A stretch of DNA of 22,596 nt from a bacterium (GTDB lineage: Bacteria; Oederibacteriota; PGYV01; Palsa-1178), in NCBI GenBank assembly GCA_037138355.1, contig JBAXIL010000029.1:1-22596 (forward strand), in the 5' to 3' direction. Position 1 is the stretch's first letter; the number at the start of each line of letters is the position of its first letter. The translations under genes and the position numbers were made by a program. The notes below the pieces were generated by a model. It was given only the letters and a program-made list of their open reading frames with translations, was not told the DNA's origin and did no database searches. Of the stretch, positions 1 to 7,803 are shown piece after piece.

Positions 1-432
1 TTGAAATTTTCAACAAGAGGAAGATATGCTTTACGCGCGATGATTATGCTCTGTGAACACTATGGAGATGGTCCGCTAACTATACGCGCAATATCAGAAA
101 AACAGGAAATATCGTTAAAATATCTTGAAACAATCATGAGAACTTTTGCAACAGCTGGTTTGGTAATTAGTGCAAAAGGAAAGAGTGGTGGTTTCATACT
201 GGCTAAGAATCCAAAAGAAATCACTATGACTGATATACTTAAGACATCAGAAGGGACTCTTTCACCAGTTGCATGTTTGGATAACCCAGATATATGTGCA
301 CTAAAGGAAAGTTGTAAGTCTATGAAAATGTGGAAGGAATTAAAAGAAATAACTTTGAAATATCTGGATTCTATAACATTAGAGGCAATCGCCACACAGG
401 AAATGCCAGAAAAATTTATTAAACAAACTTAA
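1..432 (+). CDS. Rrf2 family transcriptional regulator (IscR/CymR-like, 3 Cys)
   Basis: Starts MKFSTRGRYALRAM; HTH EISLKYLETIM; wing KGKSGGFILA; C-terminal C-x6-C-x5-C (CLDNPDICALKESC). TTG start lies at the window edge. Confidence 0.92.
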   Translation: MKFSTRGRYALRAMIMLCEHYGDGPLTIRAISEKQEISLKYLETIMRTFATAGLVISAKGKSGGFILAKNPKEITMTDILKTSEGTLSPVACLDNPDICALKESCKSMKMWKELKEITLKYLDSITLEAIATQEMPEKFIKQT

Positions 433-459
433 GGTGCAAAACCTAAAGAACAATAAATA

Positions 460-930
460 TTAGAAATTAAGAGTTGTTTTAGGAATGTTCTGAAGAATGT
501 CTTTATATACTCTAAAGTTGATTTCAGAAGTTTTGATTTGTATTATACAAAAATCTCCAAGGGATCCAGTATCTTTAAGAGTCGAAATCATTGAAGATTT
601 CTCTGAAAGAAGTTCAAGTCCTACTTTTACTTCAAGAGAATCAAATTTAGAAAATAGTTTTGCTGTTCCATGAACCTGAGTCTCAGAGGAGTCATCAAGT
701 TTATTACTTGGACCGAGTATTAAGAGGTTGGCGTAAGAATTTTTAGCAAGTTCGGATATCTTTTTAGATGTTTTGTTTGTAACAAGGTAAAAATTTTTCA
801 AATCGGAATCTGCTGCAAAGACCATAATTCTTGAGTTGATTTTATCTTGGTCAAAAGTATTAAAAGTTGTGTAAAGAGATCTTTGAAGGACTAAGGATAT
901 GAAGCCTGCATCGTATTTTAACTTTGGCAT
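460..930 (-). CDS. Pyridoxamine 5'-phosphate oxidase-like FMN-binding split-barrel protein
   Basis: 156 aa with INSRIMVF, FYLVTNKTSKKISELAKNSYANL and QVHGTAK, a pattern typical of PNPOx-like proteins. AGGAG RBS upstream on the minus strand. Confidence 0.75.
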   Translation of the reverse strand: MPKLKYDAGFISLVLQRSLYTTFNTFDQDKINSRIMVFAADSDLKNFYLVTNKTSKKISELAKNSYANLLILGPSNKLDDSSETQVHGTAKLFSKFDSLEVKVGLELLSEKSSMISTLKDTGSLGDFCIIQIKTSEINFRVYKDILQNIPKTTLNF

Positions 931-983
931 GTCTATTGCTCCTTTTTAAAACTTGTAGTCGGTAATGTCATATTTCTTTATTA

Positions 984-1011
984 ATAGTAGCATAAATACT
1001 TTATCTTTCAA
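984..1011 (-). promoter_or_regulatory. Putative sigma70 promoter for the PNPOx-like gene
   Basis: Minus strand reads TTGAAA-N16-TACTAT with an extended -10 (TGn). Confidence 0.45.
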
Positions 1012-1073
1012 TAAATATTTTGATAAAATAGCATTATAATCAAAATAACTGGGAGTATAGGAAAAAGATTTTT

Positions 1074-1102
1074 TTGACATAATATAAAGATTAAGTTATA
1101 AT
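1074..1102 (+). promoter_or_regulatory. Consensus sigma70 promoter of the second rrf2 gene
   Basis: TTGACA (1074-1079), 17-bp spacer, TATAAT (1097-1102). Confidence 0.8.
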
Positions 1103-1157
1103 GATATCAGTTCAATGATATTTAAACTATAAATGATGATATTATAAGGAGAAGAAA

Positions 1158-1607
1158 ATGAGGATTTCAACCAGAGGAAGGTATGCCACAAGAGCTTTGT
1201 TACATCTTGCTACAAAGTATGGTAAATCGCCTGTTTCACTAAAAATAATCTCAATAGATCAGGAAATATCAGTAAAATATCTTGAAAATATAATGCGCCT
1301 GCTTGTTAAGGTAGGCTTAGTAAAAAGTACTAAAGGTAAAAATGGTGGTTTTGTTTTGGCAAAGGCACCAGAAGACATTAACTTGAGTGAAATAGTCACA
1401 GCTGCGGAAGGGTCTATAGATCCAGTTTTTTGCGTAAGTGACCCAGCGAGTTGTAGTCGTGCCAGATTTTGTTCTTGGAGAGATGTATGGTCAGAATTAA
1501 AACTTAGGACAATGGAATATATGAACTCAATTACACTTGCTGACATGTTAGAAAGACAAAATATGAAGGCAAAGATAAAAGTAAAAAACAAAAGCAAAAA
1601 AAAGTAA
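1158..1607 (+). CDS. Rrf2 family transcriptional regulator (IscR/CymR-like, 3 Cys)
   Basis: MRISTRGRYATRAL, EISVKYLENIM, KGKNGGFVLA and CVSDPASCSRARFC; AAGGAG RBS. Confidence 0.93.
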   Translation: MRISTRGRYATRALLHLATKYGKSPVSLKIISIDQEISVKYLENIMRLLVKVGLVKSTKGKNGGFVLAKAPEDINLSEIVTAAEGSIDPVFCVSDPASCSRARFCSWRDVWSELKLRTMEYMNSITLADMLERQNMKAKIKVKNKSKKK

Positions 1608-1804
1608 TATATAAATTAGCAAAATAATTATATTTATTTTGTCCTTTCTAAAAATCCTCTTATTCTGGTTTTTTTAATATAAAAAAATATTAATTACAAA
1701 AAATTCCAAAAAATATTTTCAAATAAATATTCAAAAAAGCAATAAAATCAGCATATTTCGTATCGAAATAAAACAATAATGGTAGCATAATGCCTAAAAC
1801 ATTA

Positions 1805-1833
1805 TTGACAACATACTTTGCAATTGCTATATT
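1805..1833 (+). promoter_or_regulatory. sigma70 promoter of the arsR-tusA-hdr/qmo operon
   Basis: TTGACA (1805-1810), 17-bp spacer, TATATT (1828-1833) with an extended TG at 1825-1826. Confidence 0.75.
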
Positions 1834-1836
1834 AAT

Positions 1837-1866
1837 TTTAAGTTAATGAATTAATAAACTCTTAAA
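1837..1866 (+). promoter_or_regulatory. Candidate ArsR operator (imperfect palindrome over the transcription start)
   Basis: AGTTAATGAATTAATAAACT (1841-1860) matches its reverse complement at 16 of 20 positions; TTTAAG...CTTAAA inverted pair at 1837-1842 and 1861-1866. Confidence 0.45.
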
Positions 1867-1886
1867 CTTGTCAGAAAGGAATGTAA

Positions 1887-2195
1887 ATGAAAGAAATAAT
1901 AAAAATGCAGGCGGACATATGTAAAACATTTGCTAATCCTTCAAGACTTCATATAATTAATCTTTTGTGTAAAAAAGAAATGAACGCTGCGGAATTAATA
2001 AAAACCGTAAAAGTGAGTAAAGCGAATCTATCCCAGCATATGTCCATGTTAATTAGCAAAGGTATTGTAGTATCTCGTAAAGAAGGAGTGAATGTGTACT
2101 ATGTGTTAAGTGATAAAAAAATATCGCAGGCTTGTTCTCTAATGAAAGAAGTTGTCGTGAATTCTATAAATAATAAAATGAAATCAATAAGATAA
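1887..2195 (+). CDS. ArsR/SmtB family transcriptional repressor
   Basis: ADICKTFANPSRLHIINLL, SKANLSQHMSML and RKEGVNVYY; AAGGA RBS. Confidence 0.93.
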   Translation: MKEIIKMQADICKTFANPSRLHIINLLCKKEMNAAELIKTVKVSKANLSQHMSMLISKGIVVSRKEGVNVYYVLSDKKISQACSLMKEVVVNSINNKMKSIR

Positions 2196-2222
2196 GCATA
2201 ATAAAAAAACATGGAGGTTTTT

Positions 2223-2477
2223 ATGACACAAGATGAGTTGAAAGCTATTAAATCAGACAAGATAGTGGATGCGAGAGGTTCTTCTTGCCCAGGACCGTTA
2301 TTGGAGGCAAAAAAAGGCATAGGTGCTGTAGCAGTAGGTCAGATTATAGAGATATTAGCAAATGATCCAGGGACCAAAAAAGACATACCAGCGTGGTCTT
2401 CAAAAGTTGGACAGGAGTGCTTGGGAGTAATAGAAGATCCATCATACGACAGAATTTTTGTTAAAAGACTCAAATAA
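2223..2477 (+). CDS. tusA: TusA/SirA family sulfur carrier
   Basis: VDARGSSCPGPLL (CPxP motif) and NDPGTKKDIPAW. GGAGG at 2213-2217 favours ATG 2223 over 2211. Confidence 0.9.
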   Translation: MTQDELKAIKSDKIVDARGSSCPGPLLEAKKGIGAVAVGQIIEILANDPGTKKDIPAWSSKVGQECLGVIEDPSYDRIFVKRLK

Positions 2478-2531
2478 ATAATCAATAGTAGTATGAGGTT
2501 AATAGTGCTTTTAAAAAAATGGAGATAATTT

Positions 2532-2954
2532 CTGAATACTATAAAAGATAAAACACAAACTAAAGCAAAGATACTTCTGATAACTATGGCGCGCAGTTCT
2601 TATTTAGCGGCGGACGCTTTAGGTCAATTGCATATGGAATACTCTGCTGATGTATATATTATAAAAACTCTATATCCTGGAATATTACCTGCGTATTTTT
2701 ATTTGGATTCATTTCAAAAAGGGATAGATGGAATTATCGTTGCTGCCGCAGGGGCAGATTGTCCGATAGAGGATTCATACAAACAACTGTCTGAAAATAT
2801 TAAACAGGCTCATGCCACTATGACTGAAAAAACAATGAATGTAAAAAGATTAAGACTTACTGCTATTTGTTCGGTTTGTACAAATGCACTATTAAAGGAA
2901 ATAAATCAAATGTCGGAACTAATTAATAAAGAAAAATCAGAAGGTAGATTATGA
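2532..2954 (+). CDS. MvhD/FlpD-like (hydrogenase delta subunit-like) protein, divergent
   Basis: KILLITMARSSYLAADALG and KGIDGIIVAAAGADCP follow the MvhD pattern. The frame is open back to CTG 2532, which follows GGAG (2521-2524); the ORF-track start at 2586 truncates the first strand. Confidence 0.8.
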   Translation: MNTIKDKTQTKAKILLITMARSSYLAADALGQLHMEYSADVYIIKTLYPGILPAYFYLDSFQKGIDGIIVAAAGADCPIEDSYKQLSENIKQAHATMTEKTMNVKRLRLTAICSVCTNALLKEINQMSELINKEKSEGRL

Positions 2955-4231
2955 AAAAATATCATTCCATAGTTGTGGGCGCTGGTATTGCAGGAATGGA
3001 AGCTTCTCTAAATCTGGCTGCACAGGGATATAAAGTATTGCTTGTTGAAAAAGAACCTTCCATAGGCGGCAATATGATAGGGCTGTCAAAAGTATTTCCT
3101 ACGCTTGATTGTTCTTCTTGCATAACAACACCAAAAATGTCAGAAACAGCACATTCTGATAATATAGAAGTAATGACATACGCTGAAGTTTCTTCAATAG
3201 AAAAACAAGAGACAGGTTTTAAGGTAACTGTGCTAAAAAAACCTCGTTATGTGAGTGAAAAACATTGTATCGGATGTAAAAAATGCGAGGATGTCTGCCC
3301 GGTATATGTAAAGCATGAATTTGAAAGAGAGTTAGGTGCCAAAAAAGCTGTATGCATACCATTTACAACTGCTATACCACAAACAGCAGTTTTAGATCCA
3401 AAATACTGTATGCAGTGCGGAAAATGTTATGATGTGTGTCCAACTGAACCTAAATCAATAGAGTTTGATCAAGAACCTGAAACTTTAGATTTTGAGGCCT
3501 CTTCTGTAATAATTGCTTCTGGTTTTAAACTTACAGATATAGATAGAAAGAAAGAATACTCAACTGGAAAAGAAAAAAATGTAGTAGCCGCAATGCAAAT
3601 GGAAAGGATATTAGCACCAAGTGGGCCATTTGGTTCTGTCATGAGACCATCGGATGGAAAACTTCCAGAAAATGTGGCTTTTATTTTATGTGCAGGTTCG
3701 CGTGATAAAAGTATAGGTGTTCCTTATTGCTCACGAGTGTGTTGTATGTATTCAATAAAACAAGCCATGCTGTTATCAGGCGCATTGCCGATAGCGGATA
3801 TTACAATATATTATATGGATATAAGGGCTTTTGGTAAGGGGTATGAACAATTTTATAGAAATGCTGAAGCCATGGGAATAAAGTTTGTCAAAGCAAAAGT
3901 TTCAAAAGTCAAAGAGCTTGAAAATACTGATCTTGAACTTTCTATCGAAGAAATAGAAACATCTGGTTCACCAAAAAAAATAGTTCACGATCTTGTGATA
4001 ATGGCAAATGGAATACTTCCTGAAATAGACCAACTAAAAATGTCAAATGTTGGCACTGACAAATATGGTTTTATAAAACAGGAAAAAATGAAGTATGACC
4101 CGCAGGTGACAAATATAGAAGGGCTATATTTTGCTGGAGTAGCTGGCGGTCCTAAAGATATAACTGATACAATTGCAGAAGCTGGCGCGGCCGCTATGAA
4201 GGCATCAATTTATATTAATAGTAATAAATAA
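2951..4231 (+). CDS. hdrA: HdrA/QmoA-like FAD and Fe-S flavoprotein (short form)
   Basis: GAGIAG Rossmann motif, KVFPTLDCSSC, two CxxCxxCxxxCP motifs, CAGSRD, CSRVCCMY and GPKDI. ATGA overlap with the upstream gene. Confidence 0.9.
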   Translation: MKKYHSIVVGAGIAGMEASLNLAAQGYKVLLVEKEPSIGGNMIGLSKVFPTLDCSSCITTPKMSETAHSDNIEVMTYAEVSSIEKQETGFKVTVLKKPRYVSEKHCIGCKKCEDVCPVYVKHEFERELGAKKAVCIPFTTAIPQTAVLDPKYCMQCGKCYDVCPTEPKSIEFDQEPETLDFEASSVIIASGFKLTDIDRKKEYSTGKEKNVVAAMQMERILAPSGPFGSVMRPSDGKLPENVAFILCAGSRDKSIGVPYCSRVCCMYSIKQAMLLSGALPIADITIYYMDIRAFGKGYEQFYRNAEAMGIKFVKAKVSKVKELENTDLELSIEEIETSGSPKKIVHDLVIMANGILPEIDQLKMSNVGTDKYGFIKQEKMKYDPQVTNIEGLYFAGVAGGPKDITDTIAEAGAAAMKASIYINSNK

Positions 4232-4265
4232 AATATTATTTATAAAAGAACAAAATATGTAAAGG

Positions 4266-6272
4266 ATGGAAGAAATGACTGAATTAGAAAAAACAAATGA
4301 CGCCCCACGCATCGGAGTTTATGTTTGTCATTGTGGAGGCAATATATCTGATGTCATAGATGTAAAGCGCGTCGCTGAAGAAATAGGAAAAATGTCCGGA
4401 GTGACACTTTCTACAGATTATATTTTTATGTGTTCTGACCCAGGACAACAAAAAATAAAAGAAGCTATTAAAGCTGGAACTATAAATAGAGTTGTGGTTG
4501 CGGCGTGTTCCCCAAGATTACATGAGCTGACCTTTAGAAGGGCTTTAACTTCTGTTGGGCTTAATCCATTTCTTCTTGAACATGTAAATATAAGAGAACA
4601 GGGAAGCTGGGTTCATAAAATGGATCATGAGGGTGCAACTGAAAAGGCGATTAGACTCGCACGGGGTGCAGTGGAAAAAGTAAGGCTTGCAAAACCCCTT
4701 GATATGCTTGAAATAAAATCATTACCATCGGCACTTATAATAGGAGCAGGTCCTGCCGGTTTACGAGCAGCAGCTGATTTAAGTCGCAGAAACTCAACTG
4801 TTTATCTTGTGGAAAAGACTCCTTTTACAGGTGGAAATACTGTAAAAATGGGAAAACTATATCCTACTAAGGAAGATGCAAAGGAAATAATAAGTAAGCT
4901 TAATGAAGGAATACATAATAATTTAAAAGTAGTTTTATTTACTAATGCGGAGATTGTTGATTCGGTTGGTGGTATAGGAAATTTTAAAACAAAAATAAAA
5001 CAAGTGTCGCGCGGTATCTTGTCTCCAATGACGGTAGCTGAATTTAAAGAGGCACAAGCGGTATGTCCTGTAGAAGTAGATGATGAGTTTAATTATAAAA
5101 TAAGTAAAAGAAAAGCAATATATATGCCATATGATACTGCATATCCACAAATGCCGGCAATAGATTGGAACAACTGTAATCAATGTGGTAAATGTGCGGA
5201 AGTTGCAAATGGAAAAATTGACCTTAATAAAAAAGAAGAACTTATAGAAATAGAAACTGGTATTGTTATTGTAGCTACAGGCTATGAACATTATCAGCCA
5301 TATGAAGGGGAGTATGGTTTTGGAAAAAATCCTAATATAATTACACTTCCACAGTTAATTAGAATGCTTGACGAAAAAGGACCAACTAAAGGAGCAATTA
5401 CTTATAAAGGAAAGAAAATAAAAAATATAGGTTTTATACATTGTGTTGGTTCCAGGCAACAAGATGGTGCGGATTCTAATAATCCAGAAAAAAGATTAAA
5501 TGCACATTGCTCCAGAGTTTGTTGCACGGCTACGCTTCAGGCAATAAATGAAGTGAAAGAACAAATGCCAAAAGTAAATATATATGATTTATATCAGGAT
5601 ATAAGGACATACGGTAGAGATGCTGAAGAGCTATATTATGAAACGGCTTCAAAATCAGGAACTTTATTTTTTAGATATAATCCAATGCAATTACCAAAGG
5701 TGACTGTTGATAAAGATTCAATAAAGGTTGTGGTCAAGGATTTGCTAACACAAGGTGAAGAAATGGAAATTGAAATGGACATGCTCGTGCTGGCAACTGG
5801 CATGTTGCCAGGGGACCCTGGAGTATTTGCAGATAAATATAAAATGCCAAAATCAATAGATCGATTTTTGCAGGAAGTGCATCCAAAACTGCGTCCTGTG
5901 GAAACCGCAATTGGTGGTATCTTTTTGGCAGGAACAGTTCAGGCCCCTTTTGATACTACTGAAACTACCGCTATTGCAGCAGCAGCAGCTGTAAAGGCCG
6001 CATCTATTTTAGAAGGTGGAACAGTACATTTGGAACCATTTGTAGCAGTGGTTGATAAAATAAAATGTAAAGGGCATGGTAATTGTATAAAAGTATGTCC
6101 AGCTGCTGGCGCTATATTTATTAATAAAGAAAATAATAAAGCAGAAGTAAATCCAGTGCTCTGTATTTCGTGTGGAAACTGTGTGGCTGTATGTCCTGAA
6201 AGAGCAATAGATGTCCAAGGTTTTGAAATAGAAAAATTTGAAAAAATTGTTGATGAAATTATAAAAGTTTAA
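4266..6272 (+). CDS. hdrA: HdrA/QmoB-like FAD and Fe-S flavoprotein (long form, no fused MvhD)
   Basis: RIGVYVCHCGGNI, FMCSDPGQ, AACSPRLHE, NIREQ, GAGPAG, CVGSR, CSRVCC, EVHPKLRPVET and a C-terminal ferredoxin domain. The true start may be ATG 4275. Confidence 0.92.
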   Translation: MEEMTELEKTNDAPRIGVYVCHCGGNISDVIDVKRVAEEIGKMSGVTLSTDYIFMCSDPGQQKIKEAIKAGTINRVVVAACSPRLHELTFRRALTSVGLNPFLLEHVNIREQGSWVHKMDHEGATEKAIRLARGAVEKVRLAKPLDMLEIKSLPSALIIGAGPAGLRAAADLSRRNSTVYLVEKTPFTGGNTVKMGKLYPTKEDAKEIISKLNEGIHNNLKVVLFTNAEIVDSVGGIGNFKTKIKQVSRGILSPMTVAEFKEAQAVCPVEVDDEFNYKISKRKAIYMPYDTAYPQMPAIDWNNCNQCGKCAEVANGKIDLNKKEELIEIETGIVIVATGYEHYQPYEGEYGFGKNPNIITLPQLIRMLDEKGPTKGAITYKGKKIKNIGFIHCVGSRQQDGADSNNPEKRLNAHCSRVCCTATLQAINEVKEQMPKVNIYDLYQDIRTYGRDAEELYYETASKSGTLFFRYNPMQLPKVTVDKDSIKVVVKDLLTQGEEMEIEMDMLVLATGMLPGDPGVFADKYKMPKSIDRFLQEVHPKLRPVETAIGGIFLAGTVQAPFDTTETTAIAAAAAVKAASILEGGTVHLEPFVAVVDKIKCKGHGNCIKVCPAAGAIFINKENNKAEVNPVLCISCGNCVAVCPERAIDVQGFEIEKFEKIVDEIIKV

Positions 6273-6344
6273 GTTTTAAAAATGAAATTATTGAGTGTTT
6301 TAGATTTTGAAATTTGAGTATTGTTGCAAACAAAGGAGAAAGAC

Positions 6345-6623
6345 ATGAAAGGTATTGAGGCAATAAAAAAGTTTAAAGAGAAGCATGGTCCTTTACAAAA
6401 AGAACTTTTGGATTGGATAAGATTTTGCAATACCTCAATGGTATGTATAAGAAAAAAAATGAAGGAAGAACCAATCACTGCACCTCAAGCGGCAGAAGCT
6501 GCTGGAATAAAATCAAATGAAGCGTTTTGGATTATTAATGCTATGAGAAAATATGGAGAAGTGGTAATAGTGGGGGATGATAATGGATATAAAAAGTATA
6601 GCTTGAAGGAAAACATAAAATGA
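6345..6623 (+). CDS. Small winged-helix-like protein of unknown function
   Basis: AAGGAG RBS before ATG 6345; PITAPQAAEAAGIKSNEAFWIINAMRKYGEVV resembles a wHTH; ATGA overlap with the next gene. Confidence 0.7.
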   Translation: MKGIEAIKKFKEKHGPLQKELLDWIRFCNTSMVCIRKKMKEEPITAPQAAEAAGIKSNEAFWIINAMRKYGEVVIVGDDNGYKKYSLKENIK

Positions 6624-7792
6624 TAAAAGTTAATCCTGAATTGATAAAAGATATTAAGAAATATGGCGCTTTTGATGTGTCTGCCTGTTTTAATTGTGGC
6701 AATTGCACAGCGATTTGTCCTTTATCCACAGAAAAATATTCATTCCCAAGGCAAATGATAAGAAGTGCGAGCATAGGGGATGAAAAGACAATTCTTTCAA
6801 AGAAAGAAATGTGGTTGTGTTATTATTGTGGTGAATGCTCAAAAACTTGCCCGAGAGAAGCTAAGCCAGCAGCTTTTATGGCGGCAGCAAGACGCTATGC
6901 AATAGCTAAAGCTGATTTGACAGGCATAACAGGACTTTTATATAAATATCCAATATTTAATTTTATTTTTATGTCTATAATGGCAATAGTATTCGGTCTT
7001 TTTATGTATGCAAACAGGGTAGAGGCAAGAAGTACAGAAAAAATTATAGAAATATTTAATATACCATACCATCTTATACATACGATTGGTTTGGTAGTTA
7101 TAGTATTAGCAACTTTGACTCTTTTGTCTGGTATGTTTATTATTGCTTTAAGAGAAATAGATGTAAAATATATATTTGAATATTTAAAGAAAAATAAAAA
7201 GTTGCTTTTTGATTTAAAATATATTTTCAAACTTGTTAAAAATGTGATATTGACAGTTGGTCAGGAATTGTTTGCTTTCAAACGATTTAGGGAATGCGAT
7301 GAAGAAAAAAAGGAAATACCATTTATGCTAAAACCATGGTTTTTGCATGCTACTGTGGCATGGGGATTTATGGGTTTGTTTTTATCTACTGTAATTGATT
7401 TTTTGTTTAAAGATCCAGCCATAAAAGTGGCGCTTTGGTATCCTCCAAGGTTTTTAGGTATAGTATCTGGTATAGTATTACTTTATGGGGCAACCGTGAT
7501 TATTATAAAGCGCTTAAATGTCAAAGAAGTGAATTATGCTAACAGCACATTTTCTGACTGGTGGTTTATAGGAAATCTTTGGTTTATTGGTTTAACGGGA
7601 TTTGTATTAACTGTATTGGTATATTTGCCGTCAGTAAATCAAAAAACAGCAGATATTTTATTTATATTTCATGTGGCACCAGCAATGCAAATCGTAGTTA
7701 TGGCGGCATTTACAAAATTGGCGCATGTTTTTTATAGAACGCAGGCTTTAGTAGTACATAATCTTAAAGAACAAATTACTAATTTCAAATAG
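6620..7792 (+). CDS. QmoC-like protein: HdrC-type 2x[4Fe-4S] domain plus NarI/HdrE-like membrane heme-b domain
   Basis: CFNCGNCTAICP and WLCYYCGECSKTCPR, about 6 hydrophobic helices, and His in HLIHTIG, WFLHAT, FIFHVA and TKLAHVFYR. Confidence 0.85.
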   Translation: MIKVNPELIKDIKKYGAFDVSACFNCGNCTAICPLSTEKYSFPRQMIRSASIGDEKTILSKKEMWLCYYCGECSKTCPREAKPAAFMAAARRYAIAKADLTGITGLLYKYPIFNFIFMSIMAIVFGLFMYANRVEARSTEKIIEIFNIPYHLIHTIGLVVIVLATLTLLSGMFIIALREIDVKYIFEYLKKNKKLLFDLKYIFKLVKNVILTVGQELFAFKRFRECDEEKKEIPFMLKPWFLHATVAWGFMGLFLSTVIDFLFKDPAIKVALWYPPRFLGIVSGIVLLYGATVIIIKRLNVKEVNYANSTFSDWWFIGNLWFIGLTGFVLTVLVYLPSVNQKTADILFIFHVAPAMQIVVMAAFTKLAHVFYRTQALVVHNLKEQITNFK

Positions 7793-7803
7793 GAGGTGTT
7801 GTT

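Noticed and set aside
1044..1066. Possible Rrf2 box AATAACTGGGAGTATAGGAAAAA upstream of the second rrf2 promoter
   Set aside because: Weak symmetry and a single copy; not supportable without comparative data.
1101..1142. Three ATGATAT direct repeats in the rrf2 leader
   Set aside because: Short, AT-rich and irregularly spaced (14 and 21 bp); compatible with chance.
1620..1641. CAAAATAA/TTATTTTG hairpin after the second rrf2 gene
   Set aside because: An almost purely AT stem with no convincing U-tract; too weak to call a terminator.
2951..4231. Short HdrA as a truncated pseudogene
   Set aside because: The frame and all core motifs are intact, it is translationally coupled, and its domains complement the long HdrA.
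5976..5990. GCA triplet run
   Set aside because: It encodes the Ala-rich helix of HdrA and is not a contingency repeat.
2532..7792. Selenocysteine (UGA) recoding in the HdrA, MvhD-like or QmoC-like genes
   Set aside because: The ORFs are uninterrupted. The missing Cys positions are ordinary sense codons, and the TGA stops at 2952 and 6621 are ATGA overlaps at natural protein ends.
2951..7792. Calling the cluster canonical qmoABC, i.e. evidence of sulfate reduction
   Set aside because: No aprAB or sat in the window, MvhD is unfused and divergent, and the motif distribution is atypical; the rest of the genome would be needed.
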